From positions 13,312-77,311 of the forward strand of contig JAABSZ010000001.1 in NCBI GenBank assembly GCA_011390135.1: a stretch of DNA of 64,000 nt. The letters are read 5' to 3'. The position numbers were made by a program, and so were the translations under genes. Below the pieces are notes generated by a model that did no database searches, was not told where the DNA came from, and saw nothing but the letters and a program-made list of their open reading frames with translations. This document shows positions 35,316 through 43,612 of the stretch, piece after piece. This stretch comes from Desulfobacteraceae bacterium (lineage in GTDB: Bacteria > Desulfobacterota > Desulfobacteria > Desulfobacterales > JAABSP01). Every line of letters begins with the position of its first letter. Position 1 is the first letter of the stretch.

Positions 35316-35999
35316 ATGACAAAAGGGCTGATGGCAACCGGAATGATTTTTTGCCTGATTTTGGGGCTGGCTACAGGGGCAGCAGCTCAACAGAATGTTA
35401 TCGACAATCTCAAGATCGAGTCAATCAAAAGTGTTCAGGTAAGAGAGGAGGCCGATAATTTCTATCTGGACATCAAGGTCAATATCACCAACAGCAATGA
35501 TCGGTTGATCCGCCTCAGAAACGGCGATTTCATCTTCTCTATCCAGTCCGAATACATTGGAAAGGTCACCATCGGTGAACTCTCACACAAGGCTGTTGAA
35601 GGCGGATCTAGCTGCAATGTCGTGGTCAAGCAGGAGGGAGATGAGGCCGATAAGGAGAAGGAGATCGGTGTGGCCGACCCTCCCTTTTTCGTTGCCGAAG
35701 ACTGCCATACTGACAACGAGGAGATCTTTCTGAAGCCGGGCGGAGACGGTCAGCCCAATATCGTGATGTTTCATGTCAATATCGGCAAGAGCCATCAGCA
35801 GGCATCCAGTGTCTTGATGCATATCATGAACTGCATCGGCTATCCGGCCATCAAAAAACCCAATATCAACATCAAGGGGAAATTTGAACTCGGGATCAAG
35901 TCCGACAAGGGCTGGAGCATGGTGAGAGACGTCATCATCGAATGGATCTTCATCCCGGAGATCCAGGATAAGGTCAACTTCATGACCGCTGAAAACTGA
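35316..35999 (+). CDS. Paralog family member 4 (secreted)
   Basis: Signal peptide ..ATGAAA|QQNV. DNLKIESIKSVQV..LDIKVNITNSNDRLIRL.. ..IKGKFELGIKSDKGWSMVRDVIIEWIFIP. Confidence 0.65.
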   Translation: MTKGLMATGMIFCLILGLATGAAAQQNVIDNLKIESIKSVQVREEADNFYLDIKVNITNSNDRLIRLRNGDFIFSIQSEYIGKVTIGELSHKAVEGGSSCNVVVKQEGDEADKEKEIGVADPPFFVAEDCHTDNEEIFLKPGGDGQPNIVMFHVNIGKSHQQASSVLMHIMNCIGYPAIKKPNINIKGKFELGIKSDKGWSMVRDVIIEWIFIPEIQDKVNFMTAEN

Positions 36000-36026
36000 T
36001 GACGCCCTTCATTAAATAGAGGTTTT

Positions 36027-36079
36027 ACAGGCGGCTGTTACCGATTTCTTGGATTTCCGGCCGGCCGCCTGTTTTATTT
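36027..36079 (+). terminator. Putative intrinsic terminator between convergent genes
   Basis: ACAGGCGGC (36027-35) pairs with GCCGCCTGT (36064-72) and is followed by TTTATTT. The loop is long (28 nt), hence moderate confidence. Confidence 0.4.
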
Positions 36080-37155
36080 CAGCGGATGTTCTGGAATCTC
36101 CTTCTCAGATCCGGAGTGATGTCATCCATCAGACCTGGAGCGAATTTTCGGATATCCTCGATTTCGAAATCCGGGGAGATGACCAGAATCCGCCGCAGAT
36201 GTCCGTCCGCTCCCTGCAAATTCCCATAGGCAATATCGATCATGGCCAGATAGACAAGGGATACCTGGCGGGTTTCCAGCGCGCCGTCCCTGGCGGTCTT
36301 CAGCAGGATCTCCCGCGCCTTTTCAAACTCCGCATCATGATAGAGTTGAATCCCCTTCCGGACCGCATCGGGAATGGCATACGGCTTTTTTTCAAGCGGA
36401 GGCGGTGGAGGCTGTTCCGATTTCGGACTTTTTTCAGGTTTTTTCCGGGGAGGAGGTCTTCGAACACTGCTTCTTCTGCTGTCATCCTGACTGGATATAG
36501 AGACTTTCGGCTCCTCGTAATGCAGAAATGGGAGCCCCTCGATCTCGGGAATCAGTATCCGGCTGCCGACAACCAGGTCTTTTGCTTTGGTTCCATTGAT
36601 TTTTTCCAGAAGATCGGCAACATTGCCGACCCTGAACTTTTTCGTGTTCGATATCCCATAATTCTCTTCCATAAGCTGAAGCGTCATATAGCGCCCCGAG
36701 TCCGGTTCATGATAAACCTTTGTCATATAGGTATCATAATAATACATGGCAATCTGGGAGAGGGTTTCGCTGCGTTTGACGGTATGCTGGATCTCCGAAG
36801 GCATAAGCGGTAGTGCCGGTTCCGGGGGAGGGGGCTTAGGTTCTGTCAGAGGGGCAGGGGGAGATTTCGGTGGGTCCGGAGGCAGGATCTCTCTTATCTC
36901 TACGGCTTTTTTACGGGCAGCCTCGGCACAGGTCGGCGCATCGGTCTTTTCAGATGCAGCCGCATAGATCTCCAGGGCCTTGGCCAGATATCCTTTCTCT
37001 TCGAATTCCTGCCCTCTGCGCATAAGGTCTTCGCAGTTCTCCGACAAGGATGGGAAGTTTGGCATCTGGATTTTCTTACAGCCGACAACGATGGCCAGGA
37101 AAAGGAGGGGAACAAGAGATAGAAAAAGCCGCTTGGGATCTGCTCTGTCAATCAT
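36079..37155 (-). CDS. Lipoprotein: TPR-like N-region, Pro-rich linkers, LysM-like segment and a C-terminal TPR-like module shared with 24868..26079
   Basis: ATG at 37153-55 gives ..LFLAIVVGC (lipobox). HTVKRSETLSQIAMYY...GSRILIPE is LysM-like (tentative). The C-terminal YHDAEFEKAREILL..LVYLAMIDIAYGNLQGADGHLRRILVISPDFEIEDIRKFAP matches the N-domain of 24868..26079. Confidence 0.6.
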   Translation of the reverse strand: MIDRADPKRLFLSLVPLLFLAIVVGCKKIQMPNFPSLSENCEDLMRRGQEFEEKGYLAKALEIYAAASEKTDAPTCAEAARKKAVEIREILPPDPPKSPPAPLTEPKPPPPEPALPLMPSEIQHTVKRSETLSQIAMYYYDTYMTKVYHEPDSGRYMTLQLMEENYGISNTKKFRVGNVADLLEKINGTKAKDLVVGSRILIPEIEGLPFLHYEEPKVSISSQDDSRRSSVRRPPPRKKPEKSPKSEQPPPPPLEKKPYAIPDAVRKGIQLYHDAEFEKAREILLKTARDGALETRQVSLVYLAMIDIAYGNLQGADGHLRRILVISPDFEIEDIRKFAPGLMDDITPDLRRRFQNIR

Positions 37156-37303
37156 GACCAAAAGTTTTCCTTTGAAGTTTTTGCCGGAAGCGCCCATAAG
37201 TCCTGCACCGGCAGTCTCTCTATCTATACGACAATTTACCGATCTTTTCAAACAATTTCAAAAAAGAAGGTTCGGTCGAAAGGGAGATGATCTTTGCCGC
37301 CTC

Positions 37304-37340
37304 AATAAAAAAAGCCCGGCCATTTCTGACCGGGCTTTGA
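37304..37340 (-). terminator. Rho-independent terminator downstream of tRNA-Asn
   Basis: The minus strand reads AAAGCCCGG-tcagaaatgg-CCGGGCTTT followed by TTTTTTT. Confidence 0.8.
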
Positions 37341-37345
37341 TATTT

Positions 37346-37421
37346 TGGCTCCCCAGCGCGGACTCGAACCACGGACACGGTGGTTAACAGCCACCTGCTC
37401 TGCCGACTGAGCTACTGGGGA
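37346..37421 (-). tRNA. tRNA-Asn (anticodon GTT), CCA encoded
   Basis: The reverse complement TCCCCAGTAGCTCAGTCGGCAGAGCAGGTGGCTGTTAACCACCGTGTCCGTGGTTCGAGTCCGCGCTGGGGAGCCA folds as a cloverleaf: 7-bp acceptor stem, anticodon loop CTGTTAA and a TTCGAGT T-loop. Confidence 0.95.
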
Positions 37422-37495
37422 TCAATCAGCGTTCAACAAGAACTATATTTATACCCACATTCGGGCTGTTTGTCAAGAAAAAAACATGATTTTTC

Positions 37496-39280
37496 TCAAT
37501 CCATCATCCGTACCCGGATGGAGAGTTCGTCGAGCTGCTTTTTATCCGCATCCGAAGGCGCGTCGGTCATGAGGCAGGCCGCCTTCTGGGTCTTGGGAAA
37601 GGCGATCACGTCCCGGATGGAACTCTCCCGGCAGAGCAGCATAATGAGCCGGTCGAAGCCGAGCGCGATGCCGCCGTGGGGCGGGGCTCCGGAATCGAGG
37701 GCCGACAGGAGAAAGCCGAATTTCTCCTCGGATTCTTCGGGCTTCAGGCCGATCGCGGCAAAGATCTTCCGCTGGATGTCGGTCCGGTGGACGCGGATGC
37801 TGCCGCCGCCCAGCTCGAATCCGTTCAGAACCAAATCGTAGGCCTTGGCACGGACCGCGCCGGTGTCGGTCTCCAGCATCTCCATGTCCTCATCCATGGG
37901 CGCGGTAAAGGGATGGTGGAGCGGGTCGTACCGCTTCTCCGCGGGGTCGTATTCGGCCAGGGGGAACTCTGTGACCCAGGTGAAGGCGAAAGCGTTCTCG
38001 TCGATCAGGCCGAGGCGTTTGCCGAGATTGTTCCGCAGATGGCCCAGGCTTTCGTTGACCACTTTTTCCGAATCCGCGCCAAAGAGGATCAGATCGCCCG
38101 GTTCGATGTCAAGGCGTTCGGTTATGGCTGCCTTTTCAGCATCGGAGAAGAACTTTGCGATGGGAGACTGCCACGCATCCTCCCGGACCTTGATCCAGGC
38201 CATCCCCTTTGCCTTGTAGATGGAGACGAATTCGGTCAGATCGTCCAGCTCTTTTCTGGAGAAGTCGATGCACCCCTTGGCGTTGATCGCTTTTACCACG
38301 CCGCCGCTTTTGACCGCGCCGGCAAAGACTTTGAATCCCACATCCTTCATGATGTCGGAGAGGTCGGTCAGCTCCAGGTCGAAGCGGATGTCGGGCTTGT
38401 CCAGGCCGTATCGCGCGACCGATTCGGCGTAGGTGAGCCGGGGGAATGGCCGGGTAAGCTCGATCCCGCAGATCTCGTCGAAGAGTTGGGCCATCATCCC
38501 CTCGGTCATCTCCATGATCTCCTCTTCGCCCACAAAGGACATCTCCACATCGATCTGGGTGAACTCCGGCTGCCGGTCCGCGCGCAGGTCTTCGTCTCTG
38601 AAGCAGCGGACGATCTGGTAGTATTTGTCGAAGCCTGCGATCATGAAGAGCTGCTTGAAGAGCTGGGGGGACTGGGGCAGCGCGTAGAACTTGCCCGGGT
38701 TGACCCGGCTCGGGACAAGATAGTCTCTGGCCCCTTCCGGGGTGGCCTTGGTGAGCATGGGGGTCTCCAGCTCCAGGAATCCGCTCTTGTTGAGATAGCT
38801 TCTCACGTTTTGGGCGGCCCGGTGGCGGGTGATCAGGTTCTTCTGGAGACGGGACCGGCGCAGGTCCACATGGCGGTATTTGAGCCTTACGTTTTCCGAA
38901 ACGTCGATCCGGTCCTCGATGAGAAAGGGCGGGGTCTCCGCGGCGTTGAAGATCCGAAGCTCATTGACCATCACCTCGATGGTTCCGGTGGGGAGATTGG
39001 GATTGATCATCCCCTCGGGCCGGGGCTGAACCGTGCCGCGTACTCCAAGGACATATTCGTTTCGAAGGTCGTGCGCCTTTTCATGCACTTGGGGCTCGAT
39101 CTCGGGATTGAAGACCACCTGGGTGAGCCCCTCCCGGTCCCGAAGATCCACAAAGATCACGCCGCCATGATCCCGCCGGCGCTGAACCCATCCCATCAGC
39201 ACCACCTCTTTTCCCACATCCGCCGTTCCCAACTGGCTGCAGGTATGGGTCCGCCGCATTTCGCCTAGCTTGTCAGACAC
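37496..39280 (-). CDS. aspS: Aspartate--tRNA ligase
   Basis: 594-aa ORF. ..[27 protein letters not shown].., ..[18 protein letters not shown].., ..GGGSIRVH.., ..[13 protein letters not shown].. are class IIb AspRS motifs. Confidence 0.95.
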   Translation of the reverse strand: MSDKLGEMRRTHTCSQLGTADVGKEVVLMGWVQRRRDHGGVIFVDLRDREGLTQVVFNPEIEPQVHEKAHDLRNEYVLGVRGTVQPRPEGMINPNLPTGTIEVMVNELRIFNAAETPPFLIEDRIDVSENVRLKYRHVDLRRSRLQKNLITRHRAAQNVRSYLNKSGFLELETPMLTKATPEGARDYLVPSRVNPGKFYALPQSPQLFKQLFMIAGFDKYYQIVRCFRDEDLRADRQPEFTQIDVEMSFVGEEEIMEMTEGMMAQLFDEICGIELTRPFPRLTYAESVARYGLDKPDIRFDLELTDLSDIMKDVGFKVFAGAVKSGGVVKAINAKGCIDFSRKELDDLTEFVSIYKAKGMAWIKVREDAWQSPIAKFFSDAEKAAITERLDIEPGDLILFGADSEKVVNESLGHLRNNLGKRLGLIDENAFAFTWVTEFPLAEYDPAEKRYDPLHHPFTAPMDEDMEMLETDTGAVRAKAYDLVLNGFELGGGSIRVHRTDIQRKIFAAIGLKPEESEEKFGFLLSALDSGAPPHGGIALGFDRLIMLLCRESSIRDVIAFPKTQKAACLMTDAPSDADKKQLDELSIRVRMMD

Positions 39281-39327
39281 TGCCTATACTCCTTATTTAA
39301 AACCTGTAGAATTTAAACCTGTAGAAA

Positions 39328-40584
39328 TTACGCCCGTATGATGTCGGCAAGGGTCTTTGGAAGGTTTTCCAAAGAGATCTCCTGCTGATCGCTGGTCTTC
39401 ATGTTCCTCAGAACCGCAGCCCCATTTTCGATCTCCTGCTCTCCGACGATCAATGTGTAGGCCGCATCGAGCTTGTCAGCCCGCTTCATCTGGCTCTTCA
39501 GGCTCTTTCCCGAATAATCGGTCTCGGCCCGGATGCCGGAGATGGCCAAAGTGCAGATCCATTGGAAGGCCAGCCCAAGGCTCTTTTCCCCCAGCGCCGC
39601 GATGTAAATGTCCGGATGGCGCACAAGACTTTCCGCCTTTGTCGGAACCAGTTCGGCCAGCCGGTCCAATCCTATGGCAAATCCGGTGGCCGGAAGATCG
39701 GGGCCGCCGAGCAGTTTGATCAGGCCGTCATACCGACCCCCGCCGGCCACCGCGTTCTGCGCGCCCAGCGCACCGGTCAGGATCTCGAAGGTGGAGCGGG
39801 TGTAATAATCGAGCCCCCGAACGAGCCGTTTGTCCACCAGAAAGGGGACATCGAGTTTTCCAAGGGAGGTCTTCAGGGCTTCGAAATGATCCGCGCACCC
39901 GGTACAGAGGTGATCGGTGATGGCCGGCGCACCGGTTACGGCATCCCGGCATCCCGGGACCTTGCAGTCGAGAACCCGCAGGGGGTTTTTGTCCATGCGC
40001 CGCGTGCAGTCCGCGCAGAGGGCTTCGGCCCTGTCTGATAGAAAGGCGATCAGCTTGTTTCTGAAAGTCGGCCGGCATTCTGGGCAGCCCAGTGAGTTGA
40101 CATGGGCTTCGATATCCGTCACCTGAAGCCGTTTCAACAGCGTCATGAGCATGAAGATGAGCAGCGCATCCGCACTGGCCTCGGCCACGCCGAAGATCTC
40201 CGCGTTGATCTGGTAGAACTGCCGGTATCTCCCCTTCTGGGGCCGCTCCCTTCGGAACATGGGGCCGATGGTGTAAAACTTCCGTACCGGGTCCGCGGCA
40301 TACAGCTTCTGCTGGATATAGGAACGGACTATGGATGCGGTGGCCTCGGGCCGCAGGGTCAGCAGATCGCCCTTCCGGTCCGGGAAGGTGTACATCTCCT
40401 TTTCCACGATGTCCGTATCCTCGCCGATGCTTCTGGCAAAGAGTTCGGTCTTCTCGATGATCGGAATCCGGATCTCCTTGAATCCGAAATCGGAGAAGAG
40501 GGAGATGGCCTCCTGTTCTATGTGCTGCCACAGCTCGGTCTCGCCGGGCAGGATGTCTTTGAATCCTCTGATGGATTGAATCAT
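39328..40584 (-). CDS. hisS: Histidine--tRNA ligase
   Basis: 418-aa ORF. MIQSIRGFKDILPGE.., ..LRPEATASIVR.., ..MFRRERPQKGRYRQFYQ.., ..GGGRYDGL.., ..ATGFAIGLDRL.. are class IIa HisRS motifs. Confidence 0.95.
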   Translation of the reverse strand: MIQSIRGFKDILPGETELWQHIEQEAISLFSDFGFKEIRIPIIEKTELFARSIGEDTDIVEKEMYTFPDRKGDLLTLRPEATASIVRSYIQQKLYAADPVRKFYTIGPMFRRERPQKGRYRQFYQINAEIFGVAEASADALLIFMLMTLLKRLQVTDIEAHVNSLGCPECRPTFRNKLIAFLSDRAEALCADCTRRMDKNPLRVLDCKVPGCRDAVTGAPAITDHLCTGCADHFEALKTSLGKLDVPFLVDKRLVRGLDYYTRSTFEILTGALGAQNAVAGGGRYDGLIKLLGGPDLPATGFAIGLDRLAELVPTKAESLVRHPDIYIAALGEKSLGLAFQWICTLAISGIRAETDYSGKSLKSQMKRADKLDAAYTLIVGEQEIENGAAVLRNMKTSDQQEISLENLPKTLADIIRA

Positions 40585-40609
40585 CTCTTCTTCTGGTTTC
40601 CTTACTGTA

Positions 40610-40644
40610 AGGCGCTGCGGAATCCTGCGGGTTCCGCAGCGCCT
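40610..40644 (-). promoter_or_regulatory. 13-bp perfect stem-loop in the hisS leader
   Basis: AGGCGCTGCGGAA (40610-22) and TTCCGCAGCGCCT (40632-44) with a 9-nt loop, 26 nt upstream of the hisS ATG. No U-tract on either strand. Confidence 0.45.
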
Positions 40645-40852
40645 GATTCGATCGATAAAATTGAATTCTCATGCCTTCACCCATCGATTGCGGTCCATAG
40701 TTACCGGTCCGATTGACAGGAAAATGGCATAAACGGTATTAATAGCCCAAGGCGAGGCTGCAAGTCAATATCAATTATTTTCCGTCGCTGGATTCTGAAC
40801 CATCTGTTTGAATTTATGAATCTGTCCCGGGGATAAACCCGCTATAGAGCAA

Positions 40853-40915
40853 TAGAGCTATAAACCAGCAATAAAGCTATAAATATAAAAAAGCTATAAA
40901 TATAAATATAAAAAG
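40853..40915. repeat. AT-rich reiterated AGCTATAAA motif directly upstream of the RBS of 40925..41341
   Basis: ..agAGCTATAAAccagcaataaAGCTATAAAtataaaaaAGCTATAAAtataaatataaaaaggagg. Confidence 0.6.
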
Positions 40916-40924
40916 GAGGTCCGA

Positions 40925-41341
40925 TTGCTCTGCATAGGCCATTTTTCATTCGATGAGATCGGCGCCAAAGGGGAATCCCGCCACGGTTATTTCACCTGTA
41001 TCGTCGATGCCGGGGATGCCCAGGCCGCACTGCAGAAGTTCAAGGCGTGCATCGAGAAACTCAAAGAGAAGGGGGATCTCTTTGAAGGGGTTGCGGCGGT
41101 CTACCTGGAGGACATCATCGAGGCCCGAAAAGTCCATCGTGATGCCCTGATCACCCGGTTCCAGTCGTCGGCCGGGGCCTTTCCGAGATCGGTGAGCTGC
41201 TGCCTCCCCCACGGGAATACCGATGGGCTTGCGGCATTTGGCTGGTCCGGGGAAGAAAGGTCGGATGCCGACGGGGAAGAGTATGCCGAGGCACAGGCAT
41301 TCCTCCGGTTTGACGAAACCGAGGATGTCAGATCCGGGTGA
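40925..41341 (+). CDS. Hypothetical protein (TTG start)
   Basis: 138-aa ORF. TTG at 40925 lies 6 nt after aaaaggagg. No recognisable domain. The 3' end overlaps the 3' end of the convergent kinase gene by 14 nt. Confidence 0.4.
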   Translation: MLCIGHFSFDEIGAKGESRHGYFTCIVDAGDAQAALQKFKACIEKLKEKGDLFEGVAAVYLEDIIEARKVHRDALITRFQSSAGAFPRSVSCCLPHGNTDGLAAFGWSGEERSDADGEEYAEAQAFLRFDETEDVRSG

Positions 41342-42668
41342 CGGCCCGGACGCTGTAGAACCCGCTGAAATCCTGCCACCAGACAAATCCGAGATCCATA
41401 CTCACATACCAGGCCGCGATAAAAGACTTGCGGTCGCAGCTCCAGAGCCATTGCTGGCGCCGGTCAAAGACCGGCTCGATGCAGAAATCCCCCCGGGGAT
41501 GTTCTGTCACTAAAGAGAGGAGTTCGTCCACCGTGGGCAGACGCCAGTTGCTCCGGCCCCCGAAGCGGCCTCGATTCAATCCTTCGATATAATCCCGGGC
41601 AGCACGCCAGTTCATGGGGTAATCGGAGCCGGACTGCTGCCACAGCAGACCCGTAGCCCGGTCCGCCACGGTTTGGGATTTCGGGTCAGGATCAAAGTCA
41701 TTTCGGATGAAGGTGATGGGCCGCCAGAGTTCATCCGCGGCAAAGGTCTCCCGGGCATCTTTCGCGGATACCTTCAGGCACTCCATCCGGTGGAGGATCG
41801 GCTCTTTTTGCTCCCGGGGGAGGGAGACCGGATAGACCTGGCAGATCTTCTCCCGATCGGCCTCCCACTGGGCATTGAGGTTCTCCAGGACTTCGAGCAT
41901 CTCCGATGCCGAGGGAAAGCGTCGATAGGGGTTGGTGGAGATGGCCTGTCCTATAAAACGGTCCCACTGCCAGTCCAGGCTGGGGTTGAAGCGGCTCGGG
42001 GGGAGATAGGGGGCGGCCGGCAGATTCCCGGTGAGCATCCGGTAGAGCATGACGCCGACCGAGTAGAGATCTGCCGAAGCATCCACCCGGTCCGGATCAT
42101 CAGACTGTTCCGGGGCCGAATACCAGGGAGAGCCGACCTTGAGGTTCTGAGGGCCGCCAAAGGTCTCCCCCCGCAGCTTGGAAAGGCCGAAGTCGCAGAT
42201 CTTGACGGTATCGTAGGCTGTCATGAGGATGTTGAAGGGCTTGATGTCCCGGTGGATGATTCCGAAATGGTGGAGACAGGCCAGGCCCGAGAGGATCTGT
42301 CGGGTGTACGCAACGGCCCGTTCCATCCGGATGATCCGGGAGGGCTGTTCGGTCCTGTAGGTCTCTCCGATGGTGGTTCCCAGGTTATTGAAATAGTAGT
42401 CCATCAGATAGAAGGGATTACCTGCTTCCTCGTCGAAATCGAGGATCTCGACGATGTTGGGATGTCTCAGTTTGGCCAGGGTGACGGCCTCGGAGATGAA
42501 CCGCTCGCGGATGCGTTCCTTTCCCAGCAGGGAGACGAGATGGGGGTTGGGCTGCAGAAGCTTCAGCGCGGAGATCTTGCCCACCACCGGTATCCGCACC
42601 TTATAGACTTTGCCCATGCCGCCCCGGCCCAGCATGCCCCGGACCTCGTATTTGCCGATTGTTTTCAT
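41328..42668 (-). CDS. Ser/Thr protein kinase fused to a C-terminal DUF1566 (Lcl C-terminal-like) domain, with no TM segment
   Basis: GRGGMGKVYK, ..ALKLL.., HRDIKPFNIL, DFGLSK, SPWYSAPE. C-terminal ..TGLLWQQSGSDYPMNWRAARDYIEGLN..RSNWRLPTVDELLSLV.. is the DUF1566 signature. Confidence 0.8.
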   Translation of the reverse strand: MKTIGKYEVRGMLGRGGMGKVYKVRIPVVGKISALKLLQPNPHLVSLLGKERIRERFISEAVTLAKLRHPNIVEILDFDEEAGNPFYLMDYYFNNLGTTIGETYRTEQPSRIIRMERAVAYTRQILSGLACLHHFGIIHRDIKPFNILMTAYDTVKICDFGLSKLRGETFGGPQNLKVGSPWYSAPEQSDDPDRVDASADLYSVGVMLYRMLTGNLPAAPYLPPSRFNPSLDWQWDRFIGQAISTNPYRRFPSASEMLEVLENLNAQWEADREKICQVYPVSLPREQKEPILHRMECLKVSAKDARETFAADELWRPITFIRNDFDPDPKSQTVADRATGLLWQQSGSDYPMNWRAARDYIEGLNRGRFGGRSNWRLPTVDELLSLVTEHPRGDFCIEPVFDRRQQWLWSCDRKSFIAAWYVSMDLGFVWWQDFSGFYSVRAVTRI

Positions 42669-42706
42669 CCTGTTTCGCTTTTCATCTTCTGTTTCTCTGC
42701 GGAGGG

Positions 42707-43447
42707 CTATCGGAGCCGCTCCCCATGAATCCGGGGAAGCCCCGCGTCGTTGATTTTCTGAACGACCCGCTCGATGTCATAGGCGACGTATCGGACCCGG
42801 ATCGAATGCTCTTCGGTCTCCCAGATCAGATATTTGGCCTTGTTGTTCCCGTCTCTGGGCTGGCCCACGCTTCCGGCGTTGATGATGTAGGCCCTATGAT
42901 CGTCGAGCTGGATCAGCGGATCGGAGATCGGCTCGTAGAGGACATCTCCGTCATCCAGACAGACCCGGGAGAGTTCATGGGTGTGGCCCACAAAGCAGAT
43001 GGGCGTCTCCATGGTCTCCTCCATCATCGCCAATGTCCGGATCAGGTTGACTTCCTTGACCTGGAACAGATAGGTGGACGGGGAGTTCGGGGGATAACCG
43101 TGGACGAACCGGGCTCCGTGGCGGACCAGAAACGGGGGAAGATCCCGAAGAAATGCGCGGGTTTGTGGCCGGATCATCTCGATGGTTTTCATCAAAGATG
43201 TCTTGGCAATGGGATTGAACCAGTTGAGATGGCGTGTGGGGCTTCCCACGGCCCTGTCGTGATTTCCCTGAACCGATGGGATTCCCCGTTCCCGAAGCAG
43301 AGAGACCGCGGCTTCCGGGTCCGGTCCGTATCCGACATTGTCTCCCAGGGAGATGATCCCATCGACGACCTGCTTTTCGATATCGGAAAGAACCGCCCCA
43401 AAGGCCTCCAGGTTCGCGTGAACGTCGGAGATTACCGCTATTTTCAT
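42707..43447 (-). CDS. Metallophosphoesterase (calcineurin-like fold)
   Basis: MKIAVISDVHAN, SLGDNVGYG, GNHD, ..VHGYPP.., ..CFVGHTH.. are the canonical metallophosphatase motifs. Start at 43447; an upstream ATG at 43483 is also possible. Confidence 0.75.
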   Translation of the reverse strand: MKIAVISDVHANLEAFGAVLSDIEKQVVDGIISLGDNVGYGPDPEAAVSLLRERGIPSVQGNHDRAVGSPTRHLNWFNPIAKTSLMKTIEMIRPQTRAFLRDLPPFLVRHGARFVHGYPPNSPSTYLFQVKEVNLIRTLAMMEETMETPICFVGHTHELSRVCLDDGDVLYEPISDPLIQLDDHRAYIINAGSVGQPRDGNNKAKYLIWETEEHSIRVRYVAYDIERVVQKINDAGLPRIHGERLR

Positions 43448-43612
43448 TTGTTCCCCGTTTCTGTTCTCATCACTCTTATCCATACCATAACTGAACCCAA
43501 TTCACAATGGAGGGCAGCAATGTCGATGTGAATTGCCGCGAAATCTTTCCAGCGGAATGAATATAGCCGATTTTTCTTGATCTTCCCGGCGCCCTTGGGT
43601 AAGGATGGAGGC

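Noticed and set aside
5989-37421. A tRNA-Asn-adjacent genomic island
   Set aside because: The envelope block abuts tRNA-Asn. However, I see no integrase, no duplicated tRNA 3' fragment and no consistent compositional shift over the whole block. Only sub-regions are AT-rich.
37676-39268. 530-aa ORF on the plus strand, plus similar long ORFs at 12523..13581(+), 21932..22897(-), 46337..47419(-), 56876..58360(+), 41673..42728(+), 36049..36813(+) and 63150..63935(-)
   Set aside because: All lie antisense to genes with unmistakable family motifs (aspS, the kinase, the sigma-54 activator, the acyl-CoA synthetase and others). Their translations are Arg/Gly/Pro-rich and low in complexity, which is typical of shadow ORFs in GC-rich DNA.
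40584-40925. T-box or other riboswitch upstream of hisS
   Set aside because: Only a single simple hairpin is visible. I could find no specifier-loop/T-box sequence architecture and no terminator/antiterminator pair.
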